From Anolis carolinensis (taxonomy: Eukaryota), in the NCBI RefSeq assembly GCF_035594765.1, contig NC_085842.1:269995749-270059748 (forward strand): DNA of 64,000 nt, written 5' to 3'. The translations under genes were made by a program, and so were the position numbers. The notes below the pieces were generated by a model. It made no database searches. It saw only the letters and a list, made by a program, of their open reading frames with translations, and was not told where the DNA came from. How positions within the stretch are numbered: position 1 is the first letter of the stretch; each line of letters begins with the position of its first letter. Of the stretch, positions 42,201 to 55,151 are shown in pieces.

Positions 42201-43491
42201 GTTAAAGCTCTCAGACTATAGTTGTGGGAAATGATGATGCATTGAAATATCTAGTGAAATCTCTTGGCACTTTACTGAATTAAAATACCTATACTGTATC
42301 TGAACGGAAAAAATACATTAATTTTTAATACTAGGGTGGCAAGGAATGCTGACAGAGAAACTGCTGTTGCTTTACAGTTTTTCTTTACAGATTAAACTAA
42401 TCTTGTAGTTTATAACTTTACAGCTGCTGGGAAGGAAAAGAATTTCAAACTGACTCCAAAATCTCAAATTTTATATATTATTCTTGAAATTAATATTGCA
42501 TCTCAAAAAACCTAACAGGAATGTAATTTTAAGCAACATGGGCATCTAGAAATATGTTTTTTTCTAATGCAGAATTAATATCAGTAGCATCTCCAGCCAA
42601 AAAGAGGTTAATCACCTAACTTGTCCAGATCATATAACACATTTCCTCTGATGTGAAATTTAAATGAGCTTCGGTGTTCTTAAGTCATGGAATAATAGAG
42701 TTGAAAGAGACCACATCTAGTCCAACCCCCTGCCATGCAGGAAATCGGAGTACTCCTAGCAATCTGCCTGGTTTTCGTTTTGCAAAATAAATAAATAAAT
42801 AAAAATTTGTTCCAAGGTTAGAAACATAAATATTTACCCTCCATTGTTCAGAGGTCAGAAGACGTTACTTGTTTAGCGATGCATGAATGTATATTTTGTA
42901 TATATATTAGATTTCTTGGACATCTATTTTTCAATGTGTGGCCAACTTATATTAATGTATATATTTCTAGCCTTTGTTCACAAATTCTTACCCTTCATCT
43001 AAACCTTTATACAGTATTAGTGCACAACACAAAAGAAGACAAAACTATTATTATATGAAGTGCATATATGATGCACTTGATTATGAAACTGAATTTTGTG
43101 TGCCTGATTTTCAGAATGTCTTTAGTTTTCAAAACCTAGTTTATGTCTTCTTTTGAACATTTGGGGACACACGGAGAATGTTCCTCCTGGTTATAGTTTT
43201 TACGTTTTGAACAAAGAAAGAATTGATTTTATTTTTAATCTCTGTAAATATGGTGCATTCTGTTTTCATTACTTCCTACTCTGTCAGTTGCTGGAGGAAA
43301 AAGAACACTTTTCATCATGTTCATTTTTTACCTGAAGACCTTTTAAGAATACTTTACTTTTTCCTCTCATACTGTTAAGACAAAAGAAACTACTGAATCT
43401 GCAAGGTAACACTACTGCTGAGATGATTCCTGGACTTCATGGATTGCAAATATTCATTGTCATTTTCAATTGCTTCGTTCTCTCTTTGCAG

Positions 43492-43599
43492 GTGACAGAT
43501 CAATCTGTTAAGGCATTCGCTGAACACTGTCCCGAGTTGCAGTATGTTGGATTTATGGGGTGTTCTGTTACATCTAAAGGAGTCATACACCTTACCAAT
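43492..43599 (+). CDS. FBXL17: F-box/LRR-repeat protein 17, internal coding exon (108 nt, phase 0/0)
   Basis: Acceptor tctctttgcag, donor gtaagt; encodes VTDQSVKAFAEHCPELQYVGFMGCSVTSKGVIHLTN, recognised as FBXL17 LRR sequence. Confidence 0.93.
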
Positions 43600-43794
43600 G
43601 TAAGTACTGTAATAAATTTTGGTAGTCCTATACTTGAAAAAAACCGTATATATGAGATATATTAGACATAGATAAAAAGTATCAAATTTGGATAGTCATA
43701 CACAGGGGTAAAATTTGAGAAAAAGTAATCTGAGGAGCTATCTACATAGTAGAATCCCATTTTAAGTAAGCATGTTTAATAAAGAAAGAACAAG

Positions 43795-43827
<33 letters not shown>

Positions 43828-44546
43828 AACACTAATCATGTAAAGCGTTATCATCCATAAATTTGTCTACGGCTTTTCTGAAGCAGGAGGTGGCAACTGT
43901 GGATGGCTAGCCTCTCCAGCCATTTCTGTAAAACAGAGACCCCACACACACGCTCACTATGCTTTGTAGTCTTCCTGGATCCCTTGAGAACATTTTGAGA
44001 AATTCCGTAAGAAAAATTGTTTGGAAAATGTGTTTTTACCTGGGGACCGTGGGCCTCAAAATGTGGTGGAAAAGCTCTCTACCCCTACCCACAATGTGGT
44101 GATAAGATTTTCAAACAAAAATATTTATTACATTTTTTTTATGCTAAATGGCCACAAAAATGGCTTTGGCAGCCACATGCAGCTCTCAGCACACCCCTTG
44201 CCCACTTCTGTTCTAGAGCCATCCATGTTGGCAACTTTCTTATGACTTGTGAATTGTATAGTTTAACTGTGTTCTTTGTGAAGAAGTGGTTCATATTGTC
44301 TAGCCTCATTCAACAGCATAGCTTCACCCTATTTGCTTATATTGTTCCTTGGGTGGATGTTGGGGTGGGAGACTTCTCTCTGTTTTCCCCATATTATTTG
44401 ATTGTATATCCAGCCCTCTCAAGGTCCCTTGAACCTTAATAACTACAGACCGGTCTGTAGTTATTAGGTATTAACCTACCTTTTTTGGACAAGGTGATTG
44501 AGAAGGCAGTTGCCCTCCCAACTCCAGGCAGTATTGCGTGACACAC

Positions 44547-45980
44547 ATTTTTTATTAATTTTTATTGGTTTTACAGATGGGGGTGTAAATAGTTTAAAAA
44601 AGAAGAAAAGGGGAAAAGTGTACGGAAGGCTGAGGGTGGACTTGAGTGGGATATGGAGAAACAAGATGTGGGGTAGGAGAGGGTAAGTAAGGGGAGGGAA
44701 GTATACGGAAAAGCCCAGGAAGGGAGGGGGGCGTCTGTTGACTTCCTTCCTCTGTCTTCAAGTTATGCAAATTCGATTTAAAAAAATTCTTTTTATTCTT
44801 CCGGTTTCCCTTTCAGCATTTCCGCGTCCGGTTCTTCTCCCTGTGCGTTTTTGTCGTCAACATCTAAGAATTCATTTTTCCCTGTTTGTTTTAAGAAATT
44901 CTTTTATTGGAGTCCAATCAGTTTGTTTTTGGGGTTTCTCTGTGTATCTTTCAATTGGTAGGTTAAGATGTCCTTTTTCATTACCTCTAGGACTTTCATA
45001 ATCCAGTCGTCTGACATTGGAGATTCTTTGGTCTTCGAGTTCCTTGCATATGATATTCTGGCCGCTGTTACCAAGTAATTGAATAATATATCTTTGTTTT
45101 TATCTCTTTCAAATTTCAACATCCCCAGTAGGAAGAATTCTGGTTTCATTTCTATTTTCTCTGATAGGATTTTTTCTATTTTCTGACGTATCATTTTCCA
45201 ATAATTCTTGGCTGTGTTGCACGTCCACCACATGTGGAAAAATGTTTCCACATGAGTGCCGCATTTCCAACATTTTCCTTGCTCATTTTTGTAGCATTTT
45301 GCCAATTTCTGGCATTGGTACATCATCTTATACCAGTTTATACCCTAAACAGTATGTATATTTTATTTTGCAGTTCCAACATTTTTCCCAGCTCTCCAAT
45401 TGGATTGAATGGCCAATATTTTGGGCCATTCATGCATTCCTTCACTGTCTCGGTTTCCCTGGACCATTGTAACAGAAGTTTGCATGTTTTCGTAATCTCC
45501 TTCTTTTCCAATTTGATTATTTTGTCCAAAATTGATTCTTTGGTCATGAAGCCCAATTTTTTGTCTTTATTGAAGAATTCCTCTAGTTGTCTATATTGGA
45601 ACCATGATACGTTCCTGTACATATTATGGATTTCTTCTTGTGGCTTTAACATATAATCCCCATTTTGTTTTTTCAGGATTTCCCTGTAAACAGGCCATTT
45701 TTCCCATGCTAACTCTCTTCTTTGGATTGCTTCTAATGGGGAAATCCATAGGGGGTCTTTGGGTATAATCTCTTTTTATATTTTTCTCATACTTTTATTA
45801 TTGCCTACCTAATTAAGTTGTTGCGAAAGTTCTTCTCTTTTTTCTTCCTGTCATACCACAGGTATGAGTGCCACCCACCTCTAAGGTTGAAGCCTTCTAA
45901 TGTTAAAATTTTATTCTGTTTTAGAGTAATCCAATCTTTAATCCATAGTAATGCACAAGATTCATGGTATAGTTTGAAAT
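44547..45980 (-). mobile_element. Degenerate L1/Tx1-type LINE 3' fragment
   Basis: ORF 44904-45326 has the ORF2 C-terminal cysteine motif KCWKCGTHVETFFHMWWTC; frameshifted neighbours; A-rich/AATAAA tail near 44547. Confidence 0.8.
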
Positions 45981-46280
45981 CAGGCCAGGTAAATGACTTT
46001 GGAGGGCCTTAGTTTGGGGACCCCTGATCTAGACAATCTCGTAAAACCATAGGTAAGTAAAGGGCCCTCAAAGGCCATCTAGACCATCTCATAGGACCAT
46101 AGGTAAGGAAAGGGACCTCCAAAAGCCATCTAGATGGCCTCATAAGGCCGTAGCTAAGCAAAGAGACCTTCGAAGACCATCTAGATGATCTCATAAGGCT
46201 ATAAGCAGAGACCTCCAAAGACCAAAGTCTAAAGTTTAGGACAGGGGCCAGGTAAATGACTTTGGAGGGCCGCATCCGGA
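45981..46280 (-). mobile_element. Two hAT terminal fragments flanking a ~50-bp minisatellite
   Basis: ggccaggtaaatgactttggagggcc occurs twice and matches the reverse complement of the start of the 1466-2132 hAT; about 4 tandem units at 46027-46225. Confidence 0.6.
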
Positions 46281-46284
46281 GCTG

Positions 46285-46940
46285 TTATATGGCATCCCAC
46301 AAGGTGCCTTTCTATCCCCAATGCTTTGTAACATTTAGATGAAATTTCTGGGAGAGATCATCTAAAGACATGGGGCAGGGTGTTATCAATATGCTGTTTA
46401 TATCCACATTTATTTCTCAATGCCTTCAAAAACAGCCTCAGCTAAGGATAGTGTGTCTCCTGGGACTGAATGCTTGGAGGAGGTAATGAGCTGGATAAGA
46501 AAAAACAAATTGAAGCTGAATCCAGATAAGACAGAAGTGCTTTCCATTAAGAGTTCTAACAGAGAGATTGAGGTATATTAGCCAGTTCTGGATGGGGTTA
46601 TACTCCCCCTGAAGCTTGGGAGTGCTCTGCAACTTGGGAGCTCTCCTAGATCCACCTCTCCAAACGTCAGGCGAGGTAGATGTGATGGTAAGGAGTGCTT
46701 ACTACCAGCTTCGGCTGATACACCGGCTGTCCCTTCCTAGAATCCAAGGACATAAAGATGGTGGTAAATGCGCTGATAACCTCAAGGTTGGACTTCTGTA
46801 ATGCACTGTACATTGGGTACCTCTGTACCAAGTTCAGAAACTCCAATTAGTTCAAAACATGGCAACTAGATTGATTACAGAAACATCTAGGAGTGAGCAT
46901 ATTACACACATATTAATGTCAATCCACTGGTTGCCAGTTA
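46285..46940 (+). mobile_element. Degenerate L2 LINE RT fragment
   Basis: Remnants of G(I/V)PQG, YA(D)D, LKLNPDKTE, SRLD(F)CNAL and IHWLP motifs with stops and frameshifts. Confidence 0.8.
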
Positions 46941-47289
46941 CCATATTTACTCGAAACTAGTGTGCCATCAATAAAAATGCGCATTGGAAAAAATTAATTT
47001 GCCAGAGAAGCAAGGAGAAACTTGTCCAAATATTTTTCTTTCTCTTTTTTATTATAAAGACTGTTTCAAGAGAGCTACTTAAAAAAAAAAAGCCATGCTG
47101 GTTGTCAGGTTTCAGCACTTGAAGTATAAAAATGGACCTTTTCCAAAAGGTCAAATAAAATAGCTACGTCAGGGGATTCTGGGACTTGCAGTCCGTCCAA
47201 GCACTTCTCTCTCCTTTAAAAAAAAAGGCAATTTCAAATGAGCTATTTTGCACCTGCTAGATGGGGGCTTTTGGGATTTACATCCAAAG

Positions 47290-47510
47290 ATGTTGTTCAT
47301 TTTCATGGTTTCCTCCTTTCTGTTGAAATTGTCCACATGCTTGTGGATTTCAGTGGCTTCTCTGTGTTGTCTGATATAGTGGTTGTTAGAGTGGTCCAGC
47401 ATTTCTGTGTTTTCAAATAATATACTGTGTCCAGGTTGGTTCATCAAGTGCTCTTGTATGGGTGACTTTTTTGGTTGAGTTAATCTGTAGTGCCGCCTTT
47501 CATGTTCCAT
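47290..47510 (-). mobile_element. Penelope-like element fragment (GIY-YIG endonuclease C-terminal part)
   Basis: EHERRHYRLTQPKKSPIQEHLMNQPGHSILFENTEMLDH...REATEIHKHVDNFNRKE. Confidence 0.8.
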
Positions 47511-47822
47511 AACATAGAAAGTTGTTACTTATGTTTTATACTTTTTTTTACAAATGAAATACATTTTATATTATTATATTTGTAATGCTGATGTAAAGGT
47601 CATAATTTATCCTGCTTTTCAAGTGAAATGAACATTGCCAGCTAACCACTGAGATTTACTACAGAGCAGGGCAACATGGCAATGACTAGCTGGGGAGCTT
47701 TTCAGCAGTATCAGCATATTTAACAGAAAGCCATAAGGATAATATCTTAGTTGCGGGAAGAAAGTAGGATTTTGGTATGGAACTGTTGTATCACTAACCT
47801 ATTAACAGTAATCAAGGATTTA

Positions 47823-48145
47823 CAGTAGAGTCTCACTTATCCAACATTCGCTTATCCAACATTCTGGATTATCTAACGCATTTTTGTAGTCAATATTTTG
47901 AATACATCGTGATATTTTGGTGCTAAATTCATAAATACAGTAATTACTACGTAGCATTACTGCATATTGAACTACTTTTTCTACCAAATTTGTTGTATAA
48001 CATGAAGTTTTGGTGCTTAATTTGTAAAATCATAACCTAATTTGATGTTTAATAGGCTTCTTCTTAATCTCTCCTTATTATCCAACATATTCACTTATCC
48101 AATGTTCTGCCGGCTCGTTTATGTTGGATAAGTGAGACTCTACTG
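47823..48145. mobile_element. Tc1/mariner-type MITE, family A
   Basis: Perfect TIR cagtagagtctcacttatccaacat, flanked by TA. Confidence 0.9.
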
Positions 48146-48595
48146 TATTTAATCAGTCTAGTTATCCATCTCTTAAATTCTGATGAACTTATGGGGTTGA
48201 GATCCTTACCCATACTAATCTTGATTAACTTAAGTACAGGTTTATTTCCCTGAAATATGCTTTGTTGCCAATTAAGCACTCCTATGATACATCCAGACTT
48301 TGCTTCAAGCTCCTCGCCACCTCTATTTTTCATTTTCTGCTATTTGTGGAGGTTACAGAACTGAAGGAATGTCTCGTAATTATATGTAATACTTCCATAT
48401 TCTGAGTTTCCCTGTTTCTATTATATTTCTGGAATATTGCCTTAGTTATTTCTTCAAGAAACTCTTGCCCCTCATTCATGCTGCTGCTCATAGAGTTCTG
48501 CTCTTATGAGCATGCCTCCTCTGATTCTGCATTGAGAGACTGAGAATGAAATAAAATATGCAGTGAAGATTTTGTTGTGATATCTAGTTTTTCTT

Positions 48596-48656
<61 letters not shown>

Positions 48657-48824
48657 ACCTTGTAAAAAAACTTGATTCAGAATAGAGTGACGTATATTTT
48701 GTTTGCAGTGCATTCCCCCGTCCAAATATTGAGTGATTGATGTGGGACTTTTTGTAATGATACTAATCTTATATCATTGAATAGGTCACTGTTTTATCAC
48801 AATGAGAGAATGCATTTTAATTAA

Positions 48825-48872
<48 letters not shown>

Positions 48873-48947
48873 TTGTTTATTTGTATCCCGCCTCCATCTC
48901 CCCCGAAGTGGACTCAGGGCGGCTCACAGAAATAATAGCATTACTTC

Positions 48948-49335
48948 TGTTAATGTGGGATTTGTGTATTGGTAGTGTTTAAATGAAATTTGTGTCTTGT
49001 CTGTATTGCATACTGATTGCATCATCCAGAGCGTAACATAATCTGGAAAGAGTTAATTCCTAAGAAGCTGTGATGTCCTTGATGTGTGGCTGGGAGCATC
49101 CAGACACAAGTGTGTGTGCATTGCTGATTGCATCAGTTAATTTCTGTTCTGAGTTGAGTCGAGTGCTGTCTGCTGAGAAGTCAAGTCCTGTGTCCATTGT
49201 CTTCAAGTCTGTTTGTCTTTATTACTGCTTTCAGTAAAACTTGTATATAGTTTTACCATCATCTCTGATGTCTCTTCATGCTGCGTTCCTCTGACTCCAT
49301 CCAACTGCTGCTGCGCTGCGTAAATTACTGTGACA
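48948..49335 (+). mobile_element. Solo LTR (388 bp)
   Basis: tgtta...tgaca termini, perfect 5-bp TSD acttc (48943-48947, 49336-49340), agtaaa polyA-like signal near 49233. Confidence 0.75.
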
Positions 49336-50033
49336 ACTTCAATGAAGGAAATGCTTCCTCATTGTATGATGGATAACTTGATGGGAAAAAAAGTTGAACA
49401 CTAAGATCCAGTTAATGATATGTTTACATCAGTTGCTATATAACCAGCTTAGGTGAACATTACTTCAAGGGAAAATTGATGGTTTCTACAGCTTTCCTGA
49501 AATAAAGTGGCTAAAAAAGCAGAATCCTGTTTCAGTAGTTCACTCAGTTCTGGACCAGTGGAATCTCAAACAGGTCAAACATTTGTCCTCATCATCTAAC
49601 TGTTCTTTGCATTCTGTGCTTGCCTTTCCCTCCTCCCAGTCTATTCTAGCTAGTAATGGATCTTGAGTCTCCACTGAAAATATATTATGTCGCGGGATGC
49701 TGGTTGTGAAGTGATTTATAGTTTCAAATTCACAACCTCCCTGAACCATTGAAACCTGTATAGCAAGTGTCCCAGAAGCAAGTAGATATATAGCAGAGTC
49801 CTTTTTTCACAGCAAACACGCATGCTTCAGCCCATCTATCAGCTGAGTACAACTGCCAGCATCTGACCTTATCTACACACTGTATAGTAAACTCATGGAT
49901 TCAGGTTTCACTCAAAATTTCTGGAGGCTTTAATCTTCACCATTGCGATACATACAAATGTACAAACAGGATTCACAGACCCACTTTCCTTGTACTTGCA
50001 AACAATCAGAGTCATCAAATAGTCACATACAAC

Positions 50034-50509
50034 CAGGCCCGGCCCAACACAGGATGCCGACCATGCCCCCGCGTTGGGCGCCATGTTCTGGGGGCGCTAT
50101 GGAGCACCCGGGAGGCGGGGCCAGACCTGGCCCCGCCTCCCGCGCCCTGGCCCCGCCTCCTACGCTGCGCTCCCTGGCCTCGCCGCCCGCACAGCGCAAG
50201 AGGAGGGGCCAGGAAGCACCGTGCGGGAGGCAGGGCCGAATCTGGCCCCGCCTCCCACGCTGTGCGCCGTGGCCCGGCCGGCCTGGCCCAGCCAGGCTGC
50301 GGTGGGAGTCTTTCTAGGCCTTCACCGTGGCCTGGAAGGACTTTCCCGCCTCGCCCTTGCCCCGCCTCCCGCGTAACGCGAGAGGCGATGTCAGGGCGCG
50401 CAGCGTGGGAGGCAGGGCCTCCCGTGTTGCGTGGCCACGCCTCCCGCGCTGCGGGGGGGGATTGTTTTTTATTCCGCGTATCTTTTAAAATTACCTCGGG
50501 CCGGTTCTG
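50034..50509. mobile_element. GC/CpG-rich non-autonomous hAT element
   Basis: TIRs caggcccggccc / gggccggttctg; perfect 8-bp TSD catacaac (50026-50033, 50510-50517). Confidence 0.85.
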
Positions 50510-52499
50510 CATACAACATACATCAAGTCACACAGGAGAGAGAAAGATGGACCCTTTCAACCTCCTTATATAGCCACCTGTTGATAGGTCATCAGTAAGA
50601 GACGCTGGCTGATGCAACCCTCTGCAATACCCTCACATGGTTATGACTCAGCCACATTCTGTAATAGGTATTGCATCATGAAATTCACAGTCATACCCAG
50701 GTGTTATCAATATACCACATATTCATCAAACGGTATTTTCTTCCATGATTAGAAATGCTGTGCCATTTCTATCTAACATATTCTTAAATGTAGGCCTCAG
50801 AGTATCTTTGTCCTCTATCCGCTGGATTTAGCCATAGTGAGAAGGTGTTTTGAAAATCTCCCCTATTGATCTGGTCCTTGAACCTTTGACATGAACCTCA
50901 CTCAGTGTTGCCATCAAAACATTTTTCAGAATTATTGAATGCAGTAAAATATACAACAGTGCTCTATAACGTTTACATTTAGCTGTTGTCAAAAATGGAA
51001 CATTTTGCAATAATATGGAGTCCTGAAACTATTAAATTACTCGTATAACAGTGCAACCTATATGCAGTGTCACTGTTGATGTCCAGCCTCCAACACACAC
51101 ACACACATCCCTTTTCTCAATCCTCCAGTCTTTGCAGCATTTTTGAACAATGGAGTATTGCAGTTATTCAGAGAGGGAGGATAATTCCCTCTTGATTCTG
51201 CTGATCAGTTCCATCCCTGGAAGTATCTCACCAGGCGCTTGTTATTGTATTATACAATATGGTGAAAAGTTTTAGTACACTTTTGTATTGGATGTATTAA
51301 GTTTTTAAAAGAACACGACAACATTCAATACAATAATGTTCTATGAAAAAATATGCCAGCACAGTATCTTAAAAGTGCTTTTGGTATTGTTTTTAGCAGC
51401 TGTAATAACTTTTTCACAAGATCTTGACCACAGGGGTGTTTCTCAGCCTAATCCATTGTTATTTTGTGTGGTAACTTTGATGAGGCACTCAGTTAATACT
51501 GTGCTTGTTGCTCATTAGAAAGTGTTCTTCTGCATTTTGTAGCTGGAAAGGATACAGGGATGGATTCTAAAAAAGTTATCATTAGAGTAATCGTATTGAA
51601 ATCAACAGGATAGAAGTTAGTTATTGAATTCAGTAATTCAGACTAAATATGCATCTGGCTTGTTCCGGGACCTGCATTTCAATTTGCCAGTAGAAATGTC
51701 CCTTAGCTCAGAACTCAGTTTACTATATTCTTCCTAGCAGAAGCTGGGAAGCGGTTTTCATTTATTTCTCCTGCTATGAAACCTCCAATACCATACCCCA
51801 CTCTTCTGGAGCACCTTGATAACATATTGTAAGGGGGTCTTGGGAAATGAATTAAGGTACAATGAATTAAAAAACAGGTTTTCTCTTACCATTTGTTTCA
51901 CCAGAAAAAAAATGCTGTAGTGTGTTGGAAGCTTCTTTATATCCTAGGAGTCCTTGTACCGAAGATGGCAAATATGAAAATTAACCCAGTAGACTTGATT
52001 CAGATTTATTTATGTACAATTGGGCTGGCAGAAGGAAACATTATTACCATTCCTTTCTTCCTTAAACCAGCTTCTTTGGACACTTGGCAAGATTTTTGGA
52101 AATGCTGCTGAATTACCTAGATAGTGGTGTGAGTCAAACATAGAAAGCTGTTGAGAACAACTTTTGGGAAGTTGTGCTGTTGCCAGCCCCACCTAATGTT
52201 TACAGTTTTCACTAAGCTGCTTTCATTAGTGACATAATTTCAAAAGTGTAAAACCATATTGTTTTAAATAATGATACATATTTACATTAAATGGACTTCC
52301 ATCAACTGATAAACTGGAAATCTGGAAACTTTTTTTGTTTAAAATAATAATTGATGTGGATATTTTCAGGTGTTCCTGCTTCGTTTGTCTTTTTAAAAAA
52401 TAACAGGGAATTCAAGCATTCAGCATTGTAAAGAATTCTATAAGTAATACAGTATTTACATATGAATTACAACACCTACCATTGTATTTATTTTAATAG

Positions 52500-52630
52500 C
52501 TAAGAAACCTTTCCAGCTTGGATCTACGTCACATCACAGAACTGGATAATGAAACAGTGATGGAAATAGTAAAGAGATGCAAAAACCTTACTTCCCTCAA
52601 TCTGTGTCTGAACTGGATTATAAATGACAG
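52500..52630 (+). CDS. FBXL17: F-box/LRR-repeat protein 17, internal coding exon (131 nt, phase 0/2)
   Basis: Acceptor ttttaatag, donor gtaact; encodes LRNLSSLDLRHITELDNETVMEIVKRCKNLTSLNLCLNWIIND(R), in frame with the 43492-43599 exon; absent from the ORF track. Confidence 0.93.
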
Positions 52631-53272
52631 GTAACTTCATTATAGAAAAGCAAGTTAATCTTTGTTTTAAAATATTATTACTAGTTGATACTTATCAGAA
52701 GCTTGGGAATAATGAAACTCAGAATTCTGCAAAATAGTTTTTAGATTTATTGTAGCTACAATTAATCTTCACACTAAATGTTTTGTATTTAAGCAAGAGA
52801 ATAAATGCTTACGTTGATGAATTGGATTGCTGATAAATTAATGCAGGGGGTTTAATTTTTCAGTTTCCGTTTTCTGTTGTGTTTTTCTTTTTCACATGTC
52901 ATGTTAACAATATGTTGTATGTCATCTAGTTTGTAACCACTGAGATGTATTTATAACTTTAGAACTTCCTTCTTAAATGAGAAGGCACCAGATTGGGGGT
53001 TTTCCTGGAAACCAAAATATGTTGAATTAGAAACTGTGAATAGGATCAACACTTGTTCATTGGAAGCTCTTTGCATTCATGGAAGAAACTGGAATCCCTA
53101 AAACATTTCTGGAGATATGAAAATCAACTGATGGCTGTAAGAGAAAAGAGAAAGGACAAGAAGAATTTGGAGAGAATAGTTATTTTATTATGTCAACAGT
53201 AAAAAATGTCTTATTTATCAGACCTATGGCATAGCAAAATGCTGAAAACCCAGAGAGGGCCTAAAATACCAT

Positions 53273-53273
<1 letters not shown>

Positions 53274-53346
<73 letters not shown>
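53274..53346. repeat. (TG)n(TA)n compound microsatellite
   Basis: Direct reading; a similar (TA)n(TG)n lies near 48596-48653. Confidence 0.9.
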
Positions 53347-53352
<6 letters not shown>

Positions 53353-55151
53353 TATAAAACAAACACACAATTATAATAGCAATAGAAAGTCATGAAATAA
53401 TTTGTTATTCCTTAAAAAAAAGAAGAAGAGAATCTTCTAGAAAGTATTAAACTTACATGAAAGCATCTTGAGATCAATTAAGATAGAGAATATCATTGCT
53501 TTATGAAGTGTACTTCATACCAAAATAAATTTGTTTTTCTGTTCTAAAATAATTTGTTTAATATGTACCAGGGTGATATGTAAACTTCAGAATGGATTTC
53601 AGTCAGGTTTCACATGGCATCTGTGTAACAATTTGAGGGGCTGGATAGAAAAAAAACCCTATTACAATACATAGTAAGAGTATGAACTCCATTCAAACCA
53701 GTGTTATTACTTCTGAGTAAACCCACATGGGATTGTTCAGTAAGGTTATGTGTATGCAGGCCTTTGAAGAGTTGGATTTACAAGTTGCTAATTCAAATAC
53801 TCATTTAAAGGCTCAAAGGAATAAATGTTTAGCCTGAGGTTAGACAAGCAGTGATCAAAAGGATGACGGCAAAAACAAGAGATGAAACTGTTTTCTTTTT
53901 GCTTCATCCACGAAGTAAACAACAATCAATAAGGTTAAATTATTGAACATTTAAGTTCAGATTAGGAGAAATTTGATTATAAAAATGGATAGTCCTAAAT
54001 AAATGGTTGAGTAGCTATGTTGTGTTCCCCTTCCCCTGGGAAAGGAGTTTGTACGAATGGATTAACTATTACTCTTCCTTGGTTAGCTTTGTGCTGCTGC
54101 TCTGGAAATCCATGTTTCTGGATGAAAGTATAACTTAAAATTGTTAACATGAACTTCTGTTTACAAAGAAGTTCAGGATTGGGTTCATTTGAAGTCTGCA
54201 GATTATGGCACAATACAGTTTTTAAGTTCAGGTCTGTTTCTTATTTGGTTACATTCCTTAGCCTGTGCTAGTTCTAGTACCTGAGTGGTGGATACTAATC
54301 CATATTGCAGAGATTGAAATGTAGATGTTGCTGGACTGCAATTCTTTGTGTATTTAGCTAGCATAGCAAATGGTAAAGAATGCTAGGAATTGCAGTTCAG
54401 TATCTAGAATGTCACAATTTTTACATCCTTGCTCTATCTGAACATCCCATGCTATGTCACAATACCTTACCATTTTTTCAGAAATACAACCTACCTTATA
54501 CATATTTTGAAAAGCAGGGGAGGGATTTATTAAAGTTCAAATGTGAAATACTTATTCAGTATGCAGCATACTGCAGCAGACAGAAGACTGTATAATGAAA
54601 ATAAATTGAGGATGGTTTGATAGACTGAATTGTAAAATGTTCCTGATAGTCTAAAAACACAAAATAGCTTTTATTTTAGCCAAGGATTTCATTGTTCACT
54701 ATTTCTTTATTTTGATGTCTTACTTGAAGAGTAAAATGTACCAAGAAAATAATGTAAATATAAAGCTTCTTTTTGTGTTCTTTTGGTTTTCCACAACAAG
54801 GGTGTGAAATATCAAATTTATTTTATTAAGATGTGTAATAGCAAGAAAACATATTCTTCCAATAGTAATGAAATTATTCAAATTATACAAAATTTTAATT
54901 ACATTTTCATTAGAATTCAAATTGCTTATAGAATGAACACACACAAACACCAAGAACTTGGATAATTAATTATTTTAATATATTTATTAAAATGATTTAA
55001 TAACATTGCATTATAGTTGTAACTTCATAAGGGATACCTTCATTCCTTTTGTTGTCTAAGTGTTCATTTTTGTTAATTTTGTTAATTCTACAAGATGGAA
55101 AAGGGGTAGTATGACATGGCTCAAATGCTGTTTCCTACTGTACTCAATGGT

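Noticed and set aside
43423-43665. 80-aa ORF as a stand-alone gene
   Set aside because: Only 43492-43599 is coding (FBXL17 exon with splice sites); the flanks are intron.
49943-50573. Overlapping Pro/Arg/Gly-rich ORFs or a host gene promoter
   Set aside because: Stop-poor GC-rich sequence bounded by hAT TIRs and an 8-bp TSD.
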